Below the pieces are notes generated by a model that ran no database searches, had not been told where the DNA came from, and worked only from the letters and a program-made list of their open reading frames with translations. The translations under genes were made by a program, and so were the position numbers. A stretch of 64,000 bases of DNA from Azolla caroliniana. Taxonomy: Eukaryota; Plantae; Polypodiophyta. Shown here in pieces: positions 58,901-64,000 of the stretch. The stretch's first letter is position 1. The number at the start of each line of letters is the position of its first letter. Where the stretch lies: positions 1,116,001-1,180,000 of the forward strand of contig JBHGNT010000020.1 of the NCBI GenBank assembly GCA_043228905.1, in the 5' to 3' direction.

Positions 58901-61900
58901 CATCCCAGTGAGTATAGATCACAATACTAGAAGAAATCAGCCTCCACACGGATGTTGACCCCTCAACGAATCCAAATCTCCAAGGACCTCATACCATCGT
59001 TCCAACGATATTATGAGGATCTAATCAGCAATTACCAAGACATCTTTGCATGGCCCTAGAAAGACATGCACAGGTTGGATTCCCAGTTTCATAAACGTCA
59101 AATTCACATGAAGACCGACTTCACTCCAGTCCAGGAATGACAATACTGTATGAACCCCAACTACGCACTCCTCATTAAGAAAATGATTGTAAATTGCTCA
59201 GTGAAGGCGATGCCCACTCAAGCACTGGCCATCCATTTGCCAGGCCGGAACTGTGAGTTCTAGAATTTTGTCAACACTGCCAACTCCACTATCAGGAGCA
59301 TGCTGCAGCATTGCAAATAGCCCTGACCAGTTTACTATCGCAATCGGAAACTATCTAAATTGGAGTGGAAGTACTCAACTTCCATGAGCAAAGCCTTGGG
59401 GAAGATCTATAGCTTCAACAAGTTCCACCACTACCTCCTAGGGATGAAATTCACGTTTCACATAGATCCCTTGGTGCCCTATATTTGCTTGCTACGGCTG
59501 CAGTAGTGGGCAAGCTCACCCACTCGACAATATTGCTACAGGAATTCGAGTTCACCATCTTCCAAAGTCCCAGGCTTTCTTATGTGACAAGGATTCCTGG
59601 ACTTACTACCCGTTGAATCATGCTTCAATTCTTTAACACGATTCTCCTCCACTTCTTTAAGACAAAAAGTTTTATTCCTCAAGTGACAAGCATCCTTCTT
59701 TATTTCCATATTATTTGCATCTAACTCATCACCATCAGCAACACTATTCCTATTAATTGTTCCCCCCTGGCAGCTCAAAATCTATCTGTTGAGCATTTTC
59801 CACTCTTGATTGTTACAAACATCTTTGCTCTTCTAAGGCTCTCCTCTTTCAGCTTCTCTGTTGGCATGAGGAGAGCAGATCAGTCTCTCATGAAGCTGGA
59901 ATTGTTGCAGTTTGTGCCACGGCATAGTCACCTCATTATTATTCATATCGGTGTCATGAAGTACGAAAGCTTCACATTAAAAGTCTACAATAAAATAAAT
60001 ACGTAACTAAAATAAAATAAATCTTGATAATATTTTATACATAAAGATAATATTAACAACACACTATGATAATATTATAAATTATATGTAGAGGCAAATA
60101 AAAACATATATATGTTATATTACATGAATGAGAGAGGACTTGAGCCAATAACCCCCACCTTATCACACTCAAACCTTACCATTTAGCCTATACTAATAAT
60201 TTACAAGAGATCATATGCGTTGTTTTATTTGAAGTAGTATTTTATAGTCTAAACCATGTAATATACTACATGCACACCATATAGCATATTACATGGGCAA
60301 AAGTGGACTTGAACCAACAACCCTAACCTTATGGCATTCAAACCTTACCATTTAGCCTATACTTGTGATGTATATAAAACATATGTGTTGTATTGTATAT
60401 GGTTTAAACCATGAAATGTACTCCATGTGCACCATATAGCACACATGCAATAGCCTCTTGCATGTGCACCATATAGCACACATGAAAGGGCCTCTCTGCA
60501 TGTGCACCGTATAGCACACATGCAAGAGCCTCTCTGCATGTGCGCCACATGGCCCACATGTAGAACCATCTCTTCCCTATAAAAGGAGACGGGAGTATGG
60601 TCACAAGGGATATCTAAGGAATCAAAATCGAAGAACTATATTGCATGATATATCAATCAAATCAAATAGAATTATATTACATAAGAGATATCATAAGATA
60701 AAAAGAGGAAGACAAGAAAGAAGACAGTAAAGAAAACAACTAGCTTGGCGGTCGTGGTGCTCAACTCACAACAAAAAGGGCGAAGGTTTGAGTCTTACCC
60801 TCATCGAAAGCTAGAAGGGAAGATTGTGATCTACTCTCAAGAATAAAAAGAGCGGTGACCTTGTGAGACAAAGTTTGAAGGATCAACGATGCTCACAACC
60901 AATTTGTAACTCTTTCATCAAATAATTATAAATCTCTTTTATCCCTTCAAATATCATTCTATATCCTATCTTGTCTGATCTTGTTGATCTCTATTTACTC
61001 TATTTCTACTCTTTCATCTCTTCCGTCCATAATCCCAATGATTCCTTCCTCACTTTCACGTTATCTTTTTGTCTGCGCAATGCTACACTTTTGGGCGAGC
61101 CACACCACGACATCGGCACCTTGGCTGCCTCCATTGGGAAACACTCTTTGTGATAAACCAGAAGAAAAAGATTTGTTAGAATATTGTTTGATGATTCTTC
61201 TCACACTCCAAGTGACCACAAGCTCAACAACTACTGAATATGCACTCATCTCATACTCTTTGTTGGCCAAAGACACCCAATAACTCCTTTGTTTGAAATT
61301 ATTAGATGTTACAACTATCATATCCTTGTTCTCCTTCTAGGATTTGCTCATACTCTTAGCATGGATATCAATGAGCTTTGAGAGAATAGTCTTATTCAAT
61401 GGAATGTAGTCTTTTTCCCCAACGAATATTTTATTTTTCTTTTAGAGTCGGACAGGTTCTTTGGATCACAGCCTTGGGTGCCTTGTCCTCCTTCCCGCCT
61501 TGTCCTCCTTCCCAGAATTGCTCTTACTCTTAGTCTTGGCATATGCAATCATTGAAGGAATAGTCTTATTCCGTGGAATGGAGTCTTTTTCCCCGGTGAA
61601 TACTTTCTTTTCCTTTTCAAGTTGGACAGATTCTTCAGATACAATCTTGTGTGTAATCTACTAGAATTAGCAATCTCATTCATGGAAACCAAGGCATTTA
61701 CACCATTTTCCTTCAACTTACCTTCACCAACAAGGGCGGATAGTGCACTTATTAACTCCATATTCTTTAACCTGCCTATACCCCTCTCTTCATTATTATT
61801 ATTATTATCATTTTCATTATTTCCATTGTTATTGTCACCAATAACATGCACCGAACCAAGTAAAGAGCCTCTGTCCACCAATGCTTTAAAATCAGCATTA

Positions 61901-63519
61901 TTCCCTGATACTGGTATTAGCAACTCTGGATGTTGCACAAGGTATCCATAATACTCATGAAGATGATCACTATTCATGACGCCAAACACTAGACCATCCC
62001 CTTGCTTCACCTTCAAAAGGAATTCAAACTGCCCACCATCCTCATACCTTTTCAATGTAGATGTATGCATTTGAGATAATATGGTTCTTGTTCAACATGT
62101 AGAGTCAAAAGAGGTAGGGGTGAGTGTGTATCCTTCTTCACACCAATTGTGCTTGTAACATCTCAACAGTGTGTGATAAGAACTATCAATGGTGAAGGTA
62201 GGGCACAACACAGATAGTTGGAATATGAGGGCATAGATGGGTCTGCATAATATAGTTCTTGTTGGACATGTTGACTAAAGGTTTTGCTAGTTCATGTGTG
62301 AGATAGATGAGATAGATGTATGCATTTGAGAAAGTAAGATGATTTCCATTCAATTATATTACAACATAGCATGAACGTAGCACTTGAATTAATTCTTACA
62401 AATGCATAGACGTAATAATATGAGAAAGTAAGATGATTTCCATTAAATTGTATTGCACCATATAATGCACGTAACACTTGGATTCCACCATCTCCTTCGA
62501 TGCTCGATGTGCAGGTCCAATAGACAACATAAGTGCCTGATGCGACCGCTCTAGCCATGAACATCAATGAAGAGAGATTACGACAGACACTCGTGACGCG
62601 GAACCAAAAAACCAAGCTCACGAAGAGCATGCACAAACCAAGCTAGACAAAGCTCCCATGCATAGAGCTCACGACATGACTACACAAAAGAAGCTTGAGA
62701 AAGGTAGGCCACAAACTGAACGGATGACGATGACACCCAAGAAACACCTACATCTTTCGTTAACATTACCTACATTTGGAATCCTACTTTGGAAATAAAA
62801 AACTAAAAATAGAAACGGAAATGCAAGGTGATGGCCGCTGTTGAGGAACTAAAAGGGATATAGAAACTCACATTTTTGCTGTGATTTAGCCTCGCTGCAC
62901 GTCCTTTCTGACCGAGTGATGCATTGTGACCTCTTCGAACTCCACTTGCAGTAGAAGCTGCAGTAAACAGCAAAATGTTAATAGGATCCATTAAAAGTGA
63001 AGCAATTACAATGGAATTGGCCAAAAGAAAAAACAATAATTATTGGCAAGGTATAGTGACATCTTCTAGTTCCTCTTGCGACAACAAGTGCTAGAGGCAG
63101 ACAGAAATAAGCAGAAAAAATGGAAATCTAAAAGAGAGAGCTTTCAACAGGAGGGAATGAAAGCAATTTAACTTTAAGATGATTGATTAAAATGAAAATA
63201 ATTTCAACAAGATCAATAAAAAACCAATATTACTTCAGAAGGAGGGATAACATAATTCTCGATAGGATCAATTGAGGAAAATAATAATTGTAGAAACAAA
63301 ACCAAAATTTTAATGCAGAGTTTCAAGGAATGGGACAGAACTTCTGCGATAGAATTAAATAAAACTAAATGAAAAAAATGGGAACAGATACATTACAATG
63401 AAATATTTAAAAAAACAAAAGAGCAAAATACATGTGTTCTCCTTGTGTATATTTCTCGAGGATTTGGAGGAGAAGCGCGTCTTGTGAGCCTTGTTCTTCT
63501 GCGTTCGCGAGCTCGCCAT
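49902..63519 (-). CDS. TSR1: Pre-rRNA-processing protein TSR1 homolog (40S biogenesis; BMS1/TSR1 family), about 794 aa
   Basis: 21 phase-consistent GT-AG exons: 63519-63432, 62957-62872, 56395-56315, 55990-55817, 55734-55684, 55569-55441, 55346-55221, 55151-55074, 55000-54908, 54828-54700, 54628-54551, 54482-54393, 54283-54101, 54009-53934, 52845-52742, 51287-51028, 50864-50778, 50626-50399, 50318-50240, 50170-50107, 50002-49902. Motifs [51 protein letters not shown] and [23 protein letters not shown]. Confidence 0.96.
51547..52032. repeat. 162-bp near-perfect tandem repeat, 3 copies, in a TSR1 intron
   Basis: Units start at 51547, 51709 and 51871. Degenerate partial copies continue to about 52525. 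Confidence 0.95.
53362..53560. repeat. About 60-bp tandem repeat in a TSR1 intron
   Basis: aaggtt.tgca.tattctatgagactcatatgaagagctatgacccaggattt, about 2.5-3 copies. Confidence 0.85.
58400..59620 (+). mobile_element. Degenerate Gypsy protease/RT/RNase H in TSR1 intron 2
   Basis: [10 protein letters not shown] (protease), YQDIFAW (RT start) and RKLS..E.KYST...[12 protein letters not shown] (RNase H). Confidence 0.75.
60125..60363 (-). other. Two tandem tRNA-like (Pol III A-box/B-box) units
   Basis: Minus strand reads TAGGCTAAATGG...GG(T/C)TCAAGTCC at 60125-60194 and 60294-60363. Cloverleaf stems pair poorly, so these are not called tRNA genes. Confidence 0.55.
60420..60562. repeat. About 37-39-bp tandem quasi-palindromic repeat, 4 copies
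   Basis: catgtgcaccatatagcacacatg core repeated. Confidence 0.85.
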
Positions 63520-63526
63520 GACTGCT

Positions 63527-63565
<39 letters not shown>

Positions 63566-64000
63566 TGAAGAAATGGTTTGTCAGGATTAGGGTTTTTGCA
63601 AAACATATATATTATATATATCATAGCATGAACAATACGTACCATACGTGCATTCGCGTTCGCGAATGTTCCAATCATTCGAGTGAGATAAACACCCTCA
63701 ACGTATGGTAAATATCATACATTTGTATTAATTATTTATTATAAGGTAACTTTTTTTTAAGGTAAGAAAGTTAAAGATAAAAAGTGTAAAAAAAGAAACA
63801 TTGGAATGTTTTGATCACATACGCATTCGTTGGAATTCGTATGAAAAAGAATGTTTGATAATGCATTCGAGGATATTACGTACTATGATATATATAATAT
63901 ATTTATATACATATGTATATTTTTTAGGCCTTTTACATTAACTAAATTAATTAACTATGGGAGGAATCTCATTAAGTTGTAATTAATTATTAGTTAAAAC

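Noticed and set aside
60294-60363. Functional tRNA-Met/Ile gene
   Set aside because: Acceptor and anticodon stems do not pair properly; kept only as a tRNA-like unit.

Overview
Eukaryotic land-plant nuclear DNA. The TE repertoire and intron style suggest a fern or other non-seed plant; this is inference only. Two spliced host genes lie on the minus strand: a trimethylguanosine synthase (TGS1-like, 9 coding exons, about 5360-9651, with a decayed duplicate of one exon at about 3390-3745) and the 40S ribosome biogenesis factor TSR1 (21 coding exons, 49902-63519). The rest is nested transposable elements: Ty3/Gypsy and several Ty1/Copia fragments, two hAT-type MITEs with 8-bp TSDs, a near full-length L1-clade LINE, and a spliced Sola2-like DNA transposase. 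Most notable observations: (i) the LINE sits inside a (GA)n microsatellite that is part of a Copia LTR and has no poly(A) tail, so it is a candidate microsatellite-targeting LINE; (ii) a Sola2-like element shares a CTAC(A/G)GTGTACC terminus with an adjacent element carrying an unknown Lys-rich ORF that is present twice as a long inverted repeat; (iii) tandem tRNA-like Pol III A/B-box units lie in an LTR-like region inside TSR1 intron 2. All coordinates were read by eye and may be off by a few bases.
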